Shown: piece after piece, positions 9,798 to 24,831 of the stretch
How the letters are laid out: each line of letters opens with the position of its first letter
How positions within the stretch are numbered: the stretch's first letter is position 1
NCBI GenBank assembly: GCA_963768015.1
Contig: CAVYGK010000015.1
Location: 122,532-186,531 of the forward strand
Origin: an uncultured Solirubrobacterales bacterium
GTDB lineage: Bacteria; Actinomycetota; Thermoleophilia; Solirubrobacterales; Solirubrobacteraceae
Direction: 5' to 3'
DNA: 64,000 nt
Position numbers and translations under genes: made by a program
The notes under the pieces: model-generated
Seen by the model: only the letters and a program-made list of their open reading frames with translations
Databases searched by the model: none
Told to the model about the DNA's origin: nothing

Positions 9798-10073
9798 TCA
9801 CTGACCGACTGAGAACAGCGCCTCCAGGTCGTGGCGTGAGTAGACCTCGAACGCGACCATCGTCTGCGTCCGCCGTACGCCGTCGAGTTGCGAGAGCCTG
9901 CCGGTAACCACCTGGGCGAGCTGGTCCTGCTCGCGCAGTCTGAGGATCGCGACGAAGTCCCACTCCCCGGTGACCGAGTAGGCCTCGGCGACGCCCTCGA
10001 TGCCGGCCAGCTCGCCGCCGAGGGTCGCCAGCGCCTTGCCCTCGGCCTGGATCAGGACGATTGCGTGCGTCAT
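9798..10073 (-). CDS. Lrp/AsnC ligand-binding domain protein
   Basis: MTHAIVLI...GVAEAYSVTGEWDFVA...GVRRTQTMVAF. Confidence 0.88.
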   Translation of the reverse strand: MTHAIVLIQAEGKALATLGGELAGIEGVAEAYSVTGEWDFVAILRLREQDQLAQVVTGRLSQLDGVRRTQTMVAFEVYSRHDLEALFSVGQ

Positions 10074-10744
10074 GCCGAATAGGTCTCGCCGGGCTCGAGC
10101 ACAACAACCTTTGAGCTGGTCGCGGCCTCGACGTCGGTCTTGAACGCGTGCGCGTCGGACGCGATCGCCGGGAACGTGTTGTAGTGACACGGAATCACGG
10201 TCTTGGCGCCGACGAACTCCGCCGCGTCGACGGCGTCGTGGCGGTCCATCGTGTAGTGGCCGCCGATGCACATCAGCGCGATGTCGATCGGGTGGCGCTT
10301 GCCGACCAGTTGCAGATCGCTGAACAGGCACGTGTCGCCAAGGTGATACGTGGTGTGGCCGTCGAAGCTGATCAGCAGGCCGGCCGGCGTGCTGACGGTC
10401 CCATTGGGGGTCGTCGACGTGTGCCACGCCGGCACCAGCTTCACCCATCCCCAGTCAAACGACGCGGTTCCGCCGAGGTTGCAGTCGTTCACGTCGCAGC
10501 CCTGTTCGCCGATCTCGGCGGCGACCTCAGTGATCGCCACGACCGTCGCGCCGGTGCGGTTGGCGATCGAGACCACGTCGCCGTAGTGATCCGGATGCCC
10601 GTGTGTGAGCAGGATCGTCGTCGCCTCGACCTCTTCGGCGGACGCCGCCGCCGCCGGATTGCCGGTCAGAAACGGGTCGAGCAACAGCGTCGTGCCGCCG
10701 TCTGAGAGCGTGAAGCAGGCGTGGCCGAGAAAACGGACATCCAT
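10070..10744 (-). CDS. Metallo-beta-lactamase-fold metal-dependent hydrolase (UPF0173-like)
   Basis: FLGHACF, THGHPDH, YHLGDT, GGHYTM, IPCHYNTFP. Confidence 0.9.
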   Translation of the reverse strand: MDVRFLGHACFTLSDGGTTLLLDPFLTGNPAAAASAEEVEATTILLTHGHPDHYGDVVSIANRTGATVVAITEVAAEIGEQGCDVNDCNLGGTASFDWGWVKLVPAWHTSTTPNGTVSTPAGLLISFDGHTTYHLGDTCLFSDLQLVGKRHPIDIALMCIGGHYTMDRHDAVDAAEFVGAKTVIPCHYNTFPAIASDAHAFKTDVEAATSSKVVVLEPGETYSA

Positions 10745-10768
10745 CGGTTGGTCCTCCAGTTTTTGGGT

Positions 10769-11092
10769 TCAGGGGTTGGTTGACGGAAGCGCGCGGGCGA
10801 GCTCGAAGCCGATCGCGACGCCGACAAGCATGCCGAGCCGGGTCTCCTCGGCGAGCAGCGTTCGCAGCGCGCGCAGCCGCGTTTCGTCATCGGCTTCGTG
10901 CGCCGCTTCGCGAATCGCCTGCTCGTGGGCGGCGTCGAACCAGCCGCCCTCCGCGATCGCCGCGGCGAGTACGCGCTGTAGCTGCGGAGCGGCACGCATC
11001 ACCAGGTCCTGGGCCTCGCGAAAACGGGCCGGGTCAGTGATCTGAGCGATCGCCGCGTCGAGCTGCTCGTCGGTGTAGGAGCTGTCGGGCAC
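10769..11092 (-). CDS. Hypothetical protein
   Basis: 107-aa ORF heading the minus-strand operon; hydrophobic C-terminal GMLVGVAIGFELA. Confidence 0.7.
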   Translation of the reverse strand: MPDSSYTDEQLDAAIAQITDPARFREAQDLVMRAAPQLQRVLAAAIAEGGWFDAAHEQAIREAAHEADDETRLRALRTLLAEETRLGMLVGVAIGFELARALPSTNP

Positions 11093-11114
11093 TCGGTGCG
11101 GTCATCATACGAAT

Positions 11115-12123
11115 ATGGCCGTTGCCCTCACCTCGCTGTCGCACGGTGCGGGATGCGGCTGCAAGCTGCCCGCGGCGGCGATCGGGCCGCTGCTCGCCGG
11201 CGTCCCGGCGCTCGAGGATCCGAACGTGCTGGTGGGTTTCGACACCTCCGACGACGCTGGCGTGTACCGGCTCCGCGACGACCTTGCGATCGTGCAGACG
11301 GTCGATTTCTTTACCCCGATCGTCGACGATCCGTTCCAGTTCGGGCGGATCGCTGCCTGCAACGCCGTATCGGACGTGTACGCGATGGGAGCGACGCCGG
11401 TGTGTGCTTTGAACCTGGTCGCGTTCTCGATCGAGCAGCTCGGCAGCGACGTACTCACCGAGATACTGCGCGGCGGCGCATCGATCGCTGCCGAGGCTGG
11501 CGTCGCGATCGTCGGCGGCCACTCGATCGACGACGCCGAGCCGAAGTACGGGATGGCGGTCACCGGGGTGGTCCACCCCGACGAGCTGCTGACTAACGCC
11601 GGCGGGCGCGCGGGCGACGCGCTCGTGCTGACCAAGCCCCTGGGCGCCGGCGCGGTGACGACCGCGTGCAAGCGGGGACTCGACGCGCCGCTCGAGGACG
11701 CGGTCGAGGTCATGAGCACTCTGAACCGCGACGCCTCGGTGGCCGCACGTCAGGCGGGCGCCGACGCGGTGACCGACGTGACCGGCTTCGGGTTGCTCGG
11801 TCATCTCCATGAGCTGGCGCTCGCGAGTGGCCTCGCGGCCGAGCTACACGCAGACGACGTGCCGGCGATCGATGGGGTGCTCGAACTGCTGGCGCGCTCG
11901 GATCAAGCCGCAGTCGCCGGTGGCACGCGTCGCAACCGTTCCTACGCGGAGCAGTTCTCCTGGTTCGCCGGACGCCGTCGCGCCCGAGCGGCGCTGGCTG
12001 GCGTGCGACGCGATGACCTCGGGCGGGCTGCTGGTCGCGCTGCCGCCGGCGGCGGCTTGGATGCCCGGCGCCGTGATCGGTCGGCTCGTCGAGGGCGAGC
12101 CGGGCACGATCAGCGTGGTCTGA
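11115..12123 (+). CDS. selD: Selenide, water dikinase (Cys form), apparent frameshift near 11970
   Basis: HGAGCGCKL, DDAGVY, TVDFFTPIVDDP, GGHSIDD, DVTGFGLLGH; C-terminal DAMTSGGLL lies in another frame ending at 12123. Confidence 0.93.
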
Positions 12124-12151
12124 GCGCCTTGGCTCTAGCGGACCGCGCGAT

Positions 12152-12916
12152 TTAGCGGACCGTCATCCGCGAGAGCGGCAGGCCGACCACGAAGCCGGTG
12201 ACGATCCCGACCCCGGTTGCGACCCAGCTCGCCTGTGGCACCGCAAGCGGCATCAAGGCGACCACGAGCCCTATCACCGCCGTCCCGATCAGGTCGCCGT
12301 CGACGTCTTCGCCGCGGCGCAGCGCCAGCAGGTCCGGGGTCACCCAGGCGCACAGCAAGGCCAGTGCACCGCCGGTGGCGCCCATCGCAAACGGGATCTG
12401 GTACACGGCAGCCGTCGCCGCGAGCCCACCTACGCCGCCCACCAAGAACAGGCCAAGGACCACGAGCGGGCCATGACGGCGCTCGAGCAACCACCCGTAG
12501 AGCGCGATCGTGGCGAGCGTCACGAACGCGTAACCGGTGTTGTTGTAGGTGAAGGCGGCCGTTAGCAGGTGCCACCAGTTGTGACTGTTGAGCTTGCCCT
12601 GGATCTCGAGCTCGTTGTTGGCGCCCAGCCCGGTTCGCCATGCGAGCGTGCCCGCGAAGCCCAGCAACACCAGCAAGATCGTCGCGTACGGGCGCGTGTC
12701 GGGCCGGATGCCCGGGATCTCGTCGGGACGCAGCCGGGTCAGCAGTGGCGGGGGCGTCCGGCGCGAACGCTTCTCGGCGACGCGGCCCTCGCGATCAAGC
12801 TTCGGAGCGCGTTTGCGGAGACGATTGCCGCAGTACGGACACTCCGTGATGTAGCTGCTGACTTCCGACCCGCAGCTCTTGCAGATCACGAAAAGTTCTG
12901 GTCCGCCGGTGCTCAC
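12152..12916 (-). CDS. Zinc-ribbon rhomboid-like membrane protein (likely catalytically inactive)
   Basis: CKSC...CPYC N-terminus; WWHLLTAAF, LLERRHG, GATGG; multiple TM helices. Confidence 0.8.
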   Translation of the reverse strand: MSTGGPELFVICKSCGSEVSSYITECPYCGNRLRKRAPKLDREGRVAEKRSRRTPPPLLTRLRPDEIPGIRPDTRPYATILLVLLGFAGTLAWRTGLGANNELEIQGKLNSHNWWHLLTAAFTYNNTGYAFVTLATIALYGWLLERRHGPLVVLGLFLVGGVGGLAATAAVYQIPFAMGATGGALALLCAWVTPDLLALRRGEDVDGDLIGTAVIGLVVALMPLAVPQASWVATGVGIVTGFVVGLPLSRMTVR

Positions 12917-12971
12917 ATAGCGATGGTACAACTGCCCGGAAGCCGCCCGCGCAACCGCCCTGATGGCGTGC

Positions 12972-14072
12972 TCAGGGAGCAGTTGCCGCGACGATCTCGG
13001 ACATCACTTCGCGCAGGTCGTGGTTGGCCTCGTAGACGACCACCTGGCGCGTCGCACCGTTGCCGCGATCGAGCAGATCTTCGATCGCGTCGAGCTCGTT
13101 GCGAGAGCCGAGATCGGAGGCGTGCTCGCGCATCCGATCGAGCAGCCGGCGGGCGAGCGCGCGGGTGGCGACCCGCTCGGAGCTGGGAAGATCGACCAGC
13201 TCGCCCTCCAGCCCGTGGCGAGCGGCAAGCCACTTGTTCTCGTCGAGCATCTCGAACGGATAGCTCGCGAGCTGGCCGCCCGACTCGAAGTGCTCAGATA
13301 GTTCGCGCACCAGCGCCTGGACCAGGGCCGCGAGACCGACCGAGTGCTCGATGTGCGTCTGTGAGTCCATGACCCTCACCTCGATCGTTCCGAAGTTCGG
13401 GTGCGGGCGCACGTCATGCCAGAGATACGTGTAATCCTCGATCACGCCCGCCGTGATCATGAACTCGATCCGGCGCTCATAGTCCGCCCAGTCCTTGTAG
13501 GTCGGCGGAATCCCGACGCGCGGGAAGGCCCGGAAGATCGGCGTCCGGGTCGACGCCAGACCGGTCGTGTCGGCCCGCCAGAACGGCGAGTTGGCCGATA
13601 GGCCCAGCAGCAGCGGAAGGTGGACGCGCATCCCGTTGGCGACGTGGATCGCCTTGTCCGGGTCATCGACCCCAACGTGGACATGCATGCCGAAGATCAA
13701 CTCCTGGCGGGCCACGAACCGCATCGCTGAGATCAGGTCTCGATAGCGGGGCCGCGCGACGATTCGCTGGTCCTCCCACATCGCGAACGGGTGCGTCCCG
13801 GACGATCCGATCGCGAGGCCCTTGCTCGCCGCTGTGTCGGCCACCTGCCGGCGCAGGGTGCGCAGCTGGTCGGAGGCCTCGGGGATGTCGGGGCAGGGGT
13901 CAGTCGAGATCTCGAGCACTGACTCCATCAGCTCGGGTTTGATCTCCCCGAGCGGCGACGGCTCGAGCATCGACTCGATTGCGTTGACGAGTTCCAGGGA
14001 CTCGGCGTCGAGGATCATCAGCTCCTCCTCGATGCCAATCGTGTAGGCGTGTCCGGCGAAGCTGTGTTCCAC
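12972..14072 (-). CDS. YbdK/GCS2 family carboxylate-amine ligase
   Basis: TIGIEEELM, GTHPF, FGMHVHVG, SANSPFW, WHDVRPHPNFGTIEVR. Confidence 0.92.
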   Translation of the reverse strand: MEHSFAGHAYTIGIEEELMILDAESLELVNAIESMLEPSPLGEIKPELMESVLEISTDPCPDIPEASDQLRTLRRQVADTAASKGLAIGSSGTHPFAMWEDQRIVARPRYRDLISAMRFVARQELIFGMHVHVGVDDPDKAIHVANGMRVHLPLLLGLSANSPFWRADTTGLASTRTPIFRAFPRVGIPPTYKDWADYERRIEFMITAGVIEDYTYLWHDVRPHPNFGTIEVRVMDSQTHIEHSVGLAALVQALVRELSEHFESGGQLASYPFEMLDENKWLAARHGLEGELVDLPSSERVATRALARRLLDRMREHASDLGSRNELDAIEDLLDRGNGATRQVVVYEANHDLREVMSEIVAATAP

Positions 14073-14170
14073 AGGGGCGAGAGCGTACGGATTGCGCTTT
14101 TGCGATGTGGGCTCGCCGAGAGCTCACCTAGACTGCGTACGGATCTCAAACTTGACGAAGGACGGTGCCA

Positions 14171-15093
14171 ATGCCACTTGGTTACATCGACGGCAAGCTC
14201 TACATCCTGGCGTTCGACCATCGGGGGTCGTTTCAGAAGAAGATGTTCGGGATCGAGGGCGACCCGACCCCCGAAGAGGTCGAGAAGATCTCGCGACGCC
14301 AAGCGGGTGATCTTCGAGGGAATGCTCGAGGCCGTATCGCGCGGCGCCCAGGCGGGCGCGACCGGAGTGCTGGTCGACGAGCAGTTCGGATCAAACATCC
14401 CCGAGCGTGCGAAGGCCGACGGCCTGAAGCTCGCGATGCCGGTCGAGAAGTCGGGCCAGAACGAGTTCGACTTCGAGTACGGCGACGACTTCGCCGCACA
14501 CATCGAGCGGTTTGACCCCGATTTCTCCAAGGTGCTCGTCCGCTACAACCCTGACGACGACCCGGCGATGAACAGGATCCAGCTCGAGCGCCTCAAGCGG
14601 CTCGCCGATTGGCTGCACGACAACAGACCGCAAGTTCCTGTTCGAGCTGCTGGTGCCGGCGACCGAGGAGCAGCTGTCGACGGTCGGTGGCGACGGGGAC
14701 CGCTACGACGCGGAGCTGCGACCTGAGCTGATGCGCCGCGCGATCGCCGACGCCCAGGACTTCGGCGTCGAGGTCGACATCTGGAAGATCGAGGGGGTCG
14801 ACGAGCGCGACGACGCCGTGATGCTCGCCGAGCAGGCTCGGTCGGGCCCCGGCCGCGAAGGCGTCAAGTGCGTGGTGCTGGGTCGAGGCGCGTCTATCGC
14901 CAAGGTCGAGCAGTGGCTCGAAGTGGCGGCCACCGTCGAGGGCTTCATCGGCTTCGCGATCGGCCGCTCGATCTGGTGGGACGCACTCAAGGGATGGCTA
15001 GCCGACGACCTCGACCGCAGCGCCGCGGCGTCACAGATCGCCGACAACTACCTGCATTTCGTCGACGTCTACGAGCGCCAGCAGGTCCACTGA
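14171..15093 (+). CDS. DUF2090 / class I aldolase-like protein, two apparent frameshifts (~14295, ~14625)
   Basis: Pieces join as LAFDHRGSF...VDEQFG...KVLVRYNP...FLFELLVP...WKIEG...VLGRG...GFAIGRSIW. Confidence 0.8.
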
Positions 15094-15162
15094 CATTTGT
15101 GCGAAACGGGGCTTGAGCCGCTCACGCCCCGTTCCGCAACGCAGTGGTAGGCTCGGAGCGCG

Positions 15163-15408
15163 ATGGCGATGAAGATGCGCCAGAGTCTCGCGCAACTCGA
15201 GCAGCAGTTCCGTCACGAGACCCAACTGGACCGGAATCGCAGGGAGACGCTACGGCGTCAGGCCGTGCGTAGGTCGCGCGTACGCACGCACGCGCGTGCG
15301 CGCAAGCGCAGCTCGGTGCGCTACTGGGTGCTCGTCTTGTCGTTGATCGCGACCGCGCTGATCGTCACGGCCGCGATGTTCGAGACCCTCTACCTGCTTC
15401 TCAGCTGA
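15163..15408 (+). CDS. Small membrane protein
   Basis: Arg-rich N-terminus and C-terminal TM helix; TAGGCT upstream. Confidence 0.65.
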   Translation: MAMKMRQSLAQLEQQFRHETQLDRNRRETLRRQAVRRSRVRTHARARKRSSVRYWVLVLSLIATALIVTAAMFETLYLLLS

Positions 15409-15446
15409 CGCGGCTGCCGCCGGTCGGCTTGTTGTTGGCGGGGCGG

Positions 15447-15482
15447 CGAACTCAGGCTTCGGCGCGTCGAACTCAGGCTTCG
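15447..15482. repeat. Direct repeat CGAACTCAGGCTTCG x2 (21-bp period) containing the csrA stop
   Basis: Copies at 15447-15461 and 15468-15482. Confidence 0.75.
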
Positions 15483-15706
15483 TCGCCCATGCCGCGAAGC
15501 GCCGCGTCGACCTCTTCGCGTGCCCCCTTGGGCCCGTCGGCGCGCTCCTGCTGGATCTCCAGGTAGACCTCCTTGCGGAACACCGGGACATCGCGTGGCG
15601 CCTGAATTCCAATCCGGACCTTCTCGCCCATGACCGCGAGCACAGACACCTCGATGTCGTCGCCGATCATGATGCTCTGATTGGATTTGCGGGTTAGGAC
15701 GAGCAT
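15473..15706 (-). CDS. csrA: Carbon storage regulator CsrA
   Basis: [23 protein letters not shown]...[17 protein letters not shown]; RBS GGGAGG. Confidence 0.95.
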   Translation of the reverse strand: MLVLTRKSNQSIMIGDDIEVSVLAVMGEKVRIGIQAPRDVPVFRKEVYLEIQQERADGPKGAREEVDAALRGMGDEA

Positions 15707-15929
15707 GGCTTGCCTCCCTGCTTAGCTGCTTATGGTCGGGGCTGAAACCTGCGCGCGCTAGCGCCCAACCCACCCGCAGCCAGCATACCGGGAACGGGCG
15801 CCTGCGAAAAGCGGTGGAGCTTTTGTCACGCTAGTGTCACCGCGAGGGGCGTCTCGAATGCACGCGAACTACTGACTCGGGGCACTAGCTGCTTTCACTG
15901 CTGTCTCCTGTACTAGTCTCCGCACCTCC

Positions 15930-16490
15930 ATGGCCCGAAAATCACTCAGACCTGAGCTCAACCGCATCCGCGGCTGGGTGCGGCAGGGGCGCACCGACGC
16001 GTGGATCGCTCACCAGCTCGAGGTAACCGTTCAACAGATTCAAGCTTTCAAGCGCGAGCAGGGGCTCGACGCCGGCGAGGAGGGCGACAACGCGCCCGTC
16101 GCCGGCGACTTCGACGACGAGATCGACCTTCGAGCCGAAGACGACGCGCTGATCGCCGCCGAGCTCGACGCCGCCGAGGCCGAACGCGCCGACGAGGACG
16201 AGGACTCAGACGAGTCCGACGACGACGAGGAGAAGCCTGCGCGTCGCCGCCGCGGTCGCCGTGGCGGCAGGGGGCGCGGCCGGCGCCGTAGCGAGACGCT
16301 CGAGGCGACCTTCGATCATGGCGAGGAGGGCTACGGACTGTGGCTCGATCCGGCCGTCCAGGATGACCCGATTTACGCGGAGTATTGGGCCGGTCACCGG
16401 CCGGTCGAGGTCGCGATCGAGGAGGATCAGATCGTGATCAGGCGCGCTGGCGACGGCGAAACCGAGGCCGACGCCGACGAGGACAGCTAG
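15930..16490 (+). CDS. Hypothetical protein: HTH-like N-terminus, acidic/Arg-rich linker, compact C-terminal domain
   Basis: GRTDAWIAHQLEVTVQQIQAF; D/E tract; RRRRGRRGGRGRGRRR; GYGLWLDP...VEVAIEEDQIVIRR. Confidence 0.8.
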   Translation: MARKSLRPELNRIRGWVRQGRTDAWIAHQLEVTVQQIQAFKREQGLDAGEEGDNAPVAGDFDDEIDLRAEDDALIAAELDAAEAERADEDEDSDESDDDEEKPARRRRGRRGGRGRGRRRSETLEATFDHGEEGYGLWLDPAVQDDPIYAEYWAGHRPVEVAIEEDQIVIRRAGDGETEADADEDS

Positions 16491-16592
16491 CCCCCGGCGT
16501 CGCGATCCGCATCCGGGTCGGCTAGCCCCGGGCGTCCGATACGCATGCGGGTCGGCTAGCCCCCGGCGTCCCGGTAGGCATCGCGGTCAGCT
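16486..16592. repeat. Degenerate tandem repeat, 3 x 34-35 bp, each starting GCTAGCCCC
   Basis: Units start at 16486, 16521 and 16555; the last is the 3' end of the minus-strand gene. Confidence 0.85.
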
Positions 16593-16927
16593 TCGCCCAC
16601 CCGGCGCCCGAGCGTGTAGTCGGTGGCCTCGCGCGCATAGCGCGCGAACGCCGCCCCTGCGACCGTCGTGACGTCCCAGGCGGCGGGATTGTTCGGGGCC
16701 ACCCGGGTCGCGATCGCAAAGCACCAGTCGGTGCCCTCCTCAACGTACAGCCGGGCAAGCTCTTGAACGCTGAACGGGCCGCCCAGACGCCGGCGAAGCT
16801 CGATCACGATCGACTCGACGACCCGCTCGAGCGCGTCCCGGTCGGCCGGCTCTGCCTCATTGAGCCGGCGCTGCCCCTCCTGCCAGAGGCCGATCAGATC
16901 CTCGAAGCGCAGCTCGCCGTGGCTCAC
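16556..16927 (-). CDS. Hypothetical protein
   Basis: 123-aa ORF downstream of ftsB-like gene with normal composition. Confidence 0.75.
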   Translation of the reverse strand: MSHGELRFEDLIGLWQEGQRRLNEAEPADRDALERVVESIVIELRRRLGGPFSVQELARLYVEEGTDWCFAIATRVAPNNPAAWDVTTVAGAAFARYAREATDYTLGRRVGEADRDAYRDAGG

Positions 16928-17008
16928 GGCGCCGCCCCCTACGGCGGCGCTCGGCGCGCACGCTCAGCGGTGCGCCGGCGCGCCCTCGCCACCCCCGCAC
17001 CCCGCGCG

Positions 17009-17383
17009 TCAGTGCCCGGAATGCCCGACGATCACGTAGGGAAGCTCGTTGGGGCGAACCATCCCCAACGCGCGCGCATCGGTGACGATCGTCGCCGGGT
17101 TGTTCAGCGACTCCTCCTGCCTCACCAGTTGGGCGTTCTCGCGCGCCAGCTGATCGACGATCGCCTGCTCGCCGTTGGCCTGTGCCCTGCTGGAGAAATA
17201 GGAGACCGTGCGCTGCACATAGAGCCCAACAACGACCGCGAGCACGACCAGCAGCCCCACCCGGCCCGCTCGATCCCAGCGAACCCGCAACCGCGGGCCG
17301 CGCGCAGGAACGCGGCGGGGGCGGGGTTGCGTCGTCCGAGGTTGACGGCGCGGGGCTGCGGTTGCGGAACGGGCTGACGGCAT
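17009..17383 (-). CDS. Septum formation initiator (FtsB/DivIC family)
   Basis: TM helix, coiled coil, ARALGMVRPNE; immediately downstream of eno. Confidence 0.85.
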   Translation of the reverse strand: MPSARSATAAPRRQPRTTQPRPRRVPARGPRLRVRWDRAGRVGLLVVLAVVVGLYVQRTVSYFSSRAQANGEQAIVDQLARENAQLVRQEESLNNPATIVTDARALGMVRPNELPYVIVGHSGH

Positions 17384-17479
17384 CGCCTACCGCGTTCGTT
17401 CGACGGTCCAGGGGTCCTTCCTGCTGCACGAACCGCTGCACGAGCCTCGACGGACGGATATCCGAGCTCGGCCGCACGC

Positions 17480-19555
<2,076 letters not shown>

Positions 19556-20671
19556 TTACGGCGCGGACGTGGTGGTCGTCGCGCTAGCGGGCGCCTTGTA
19601 GCCGCTGCAGTAGGACATCGCGTATTGCGTGCGGCACTTGGTCTTGCTCAGCCACGCCTTCTTGGCCTCGTTGGTGACCTTGTTGGCGGCGGTGGTCTGC
19701 AGCTGCGAGTTCAAGGTCTGCTTGATCAGCGCGGTCGACTGGGCGAGGCTCCGCTGCGTCGCGGGCGTGATCTTCTGGACGTCGATCAGGTAGTAGCCGA
19801 ACTGGCCCTTGACCGGACCGGTCAGCTTGTTGAGCGGCGCAGCGAACGCCGCGTTGGTCAGCGCCGCGTCCTGCCCGTTCTTGGTCACGCCAGTCAGCAG
19901 GCCACCGGCGTTCTTGGTCGTCGGGTCGATCGAGTATTTCTTGGCGACCGCGGTCCAGCTCTGCCCGCTCTGAATCGCTTTCTTGGCCTCGTCGGCCTTG
20001 GCGGTGCTACTGGCCAGGACGATCCGGATGTTTCGCGTCTCAGCGCTTCCGAACTGCGACTTGTGGGTGCTGTAGTAGGTGGCGATCGCGGCCGGCGTGA
20101 CCTTGCTCGGCTCCCTCGCCAGCAGCTTGGTGTAGAGGTCCTCGACGCGGATCCGGTAGGTCACGTCGGCGTTCGTCTGGCCGGTCGAGGTCAGGAAGCT
20201 CGCGTACTGCGCGGCGGTCGAGAACTGCGCCTTCTTGGCCTGGTCGAGGGTCTTCTGAACCTCCGCGTTGGTGACCTTGATCCCCAGCTTGTGCGCCTGG
20301 GCCTGGTACCAGTAGCTCGAGATCAGATAGTTCATGACCTCGCTCGAGAGCGACGTGAACACCCGCTGGCAGTCGGTCCGGAGCGTCTTGTCCGCCGTCT
20401 TGGCGAGCGAGGGGATCTCGGCCTTTACCTGGGCGATGCACTTGGTGAAGTTCGGTGGGTCGTTCGGGACGATCACCGGGGAACCGGGGGACTGCGCCGC
20501 CTGGGTCTTGGCCAGCACGTACATCCAGTGGTTGAACGCCTGCGTGCTGATCGGGTTGCCGGCAACGTCGGCGACCGAGTTGCCGGGGATCGCGCTGCCA
20601 CAGCCCGCCACGACCATGGCGATGGCCACAAAAAAGGCGCCAAGCGCCGGGATGATCCTCGAAGACTTCAT
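19556..20671 (-). CDS. PrsA-like peptidylprolyl isomerase lipoprotein
   Basis: Lipobox VAGC, AKKYSIDPTTKNAGGLL, GPVKGQFGYYLI; located between mfd and mazG. Confidence 0.85.
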   Translation of the reverse strand: MKSSRIIPALGAFFVAIAMVVAGCGSAIPGNSVADVAGNPISTQAFNHWMYVLAKTQAAQSPGSPVIVPNDPPNFTKCIAQVKAEIPSLAKTADKTLRTDCQRVFTSLSSEVMNYLISSYWYQAQAHKLGIKVTNAEVQKTLDQAKKAQFSTAAQYASFLTSTGQTNADVTYRIRVEDLYTKLLAREPSKVTPAAIATYYSTHKSQFGSAETRNIRIVLASSTAKADEAKKAIQSGQSWTAVAKKYSIDPTTKNAGGLLTGVTKNGQDAALTNAAFAAPLNKLTGPVKGQFGYYLIDVQKITPATQRSLAQSTALIKQTLNSQLQTTAANKVTNEAKKAWLSKTKCRTQYAMSYCSGYKAPASATTTTSAP

Positions 20672-20733
20672 ACGACGGAGCCGATGGTAGCGACGATCCG
20701 CGGTTTACGTTTGCACTCTTAATTGACGCTTAC

Positions 20734-20871
20734 GTGGCACACGCGTTCGAATCAGACCGGATCCGCGACGCCCGGCTTCAGCGCGCGGGGCTGCGGGTCC
20801 TGCGCATCACCTGGAAGCGACTCAAACAAGAGCCGAAGGCCGTGATCGACGACATCCTCGCGCTCGCCCGG

Positions 20872-20875
<4 letters not shown>
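20734..20875 (+). pseudogene. DUF559/Vsr-like endonuclease C-terminal fragment
   Basis: AFESDRIRDARLQRAGLRVLRITW. Confidence 0.65.
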
Positions 20876-24239
<3,364 letters not shown>

Positions 24240-24266
24240 TGCTCTTCTCAGTCTAGGCGCCGCGTC

Positions 24267-24825
24267 TCAGCCCCCTTCAAGCCCCTCGTGAAGCACCCGC
24301 TCCGCTGCGTCGGCCGCCTGTTCGACGAGCAGCGCCACCTCTTCGCGCGGCTCACGGAAGCGCCCGAGCACGTACGCCGCGACGCGGTCAGGATCAGTCG
24401 TCGGCGGCCGCCCGACACCCACCCGCACACGGGCGAAGTCCGCCGAACCGAGCGACGCCTTCAGCGACTTCAGCCCGTTGTGCCCGGCGAGCCCCCCGTC
24501 GACCCGTACCCGAATTTCCCCGAACGGGAGATCGATCTCGTCGTGCAGCACGAGCACGTGGTCGAGGTCGACCTTCAACGCGCCCCGCGCCGGGCTGACG
24601 GACTCGCCGGCGTCGTTCATGTAAGTCTGCGGCTTGAGGATCGCGACCGTCGGTCCACCGGGCTCCGATACGGCCCTCGGTCAGCAGTCCGCGGTACTTG
24701 GACTTCGGCTTTGGCAGCCCCCACCGCTTCGCGAGCACGTCCGCGATCTCGAAGCCAATGTTGTGCCGGGTTCCCGCGTATTGCGCGCCGGGGTTGCCGA
24801 GCCCGACGACGAGCCAGTCGACCAC
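24267..24825 (-). CDS. pth: Peptidyl-tRNA hydrolase, apparent frameshift ~24667
   Basis: LVVGLGNPG...TRHNIGF, then KPQTYMN...HDEIDL...GHNGLKS...RVRVGVGRP. Confidence 0.93.
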
Positions 24826-24831
24826 GGCGGG

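Noticed and set aside
11150-11165. Selenocysteine in SelD
   Set aside because: Codons are TGC GGC TGC AAG (Cys-Gly-Cys-Lys); no in-frame TGA
6007-12123. Canonical selenoneine (senABC) cluster
   Set aside because: No EgtB-like gene and no recognisable SenB motif; kept only as a looser hypothesis
20736-20750. Second SOS box (GGCAC-ACGC-GTTCG)
   Set aside because: The left half-site has two mismatches and it lies within the AHAFE codons of the DUF559 relic
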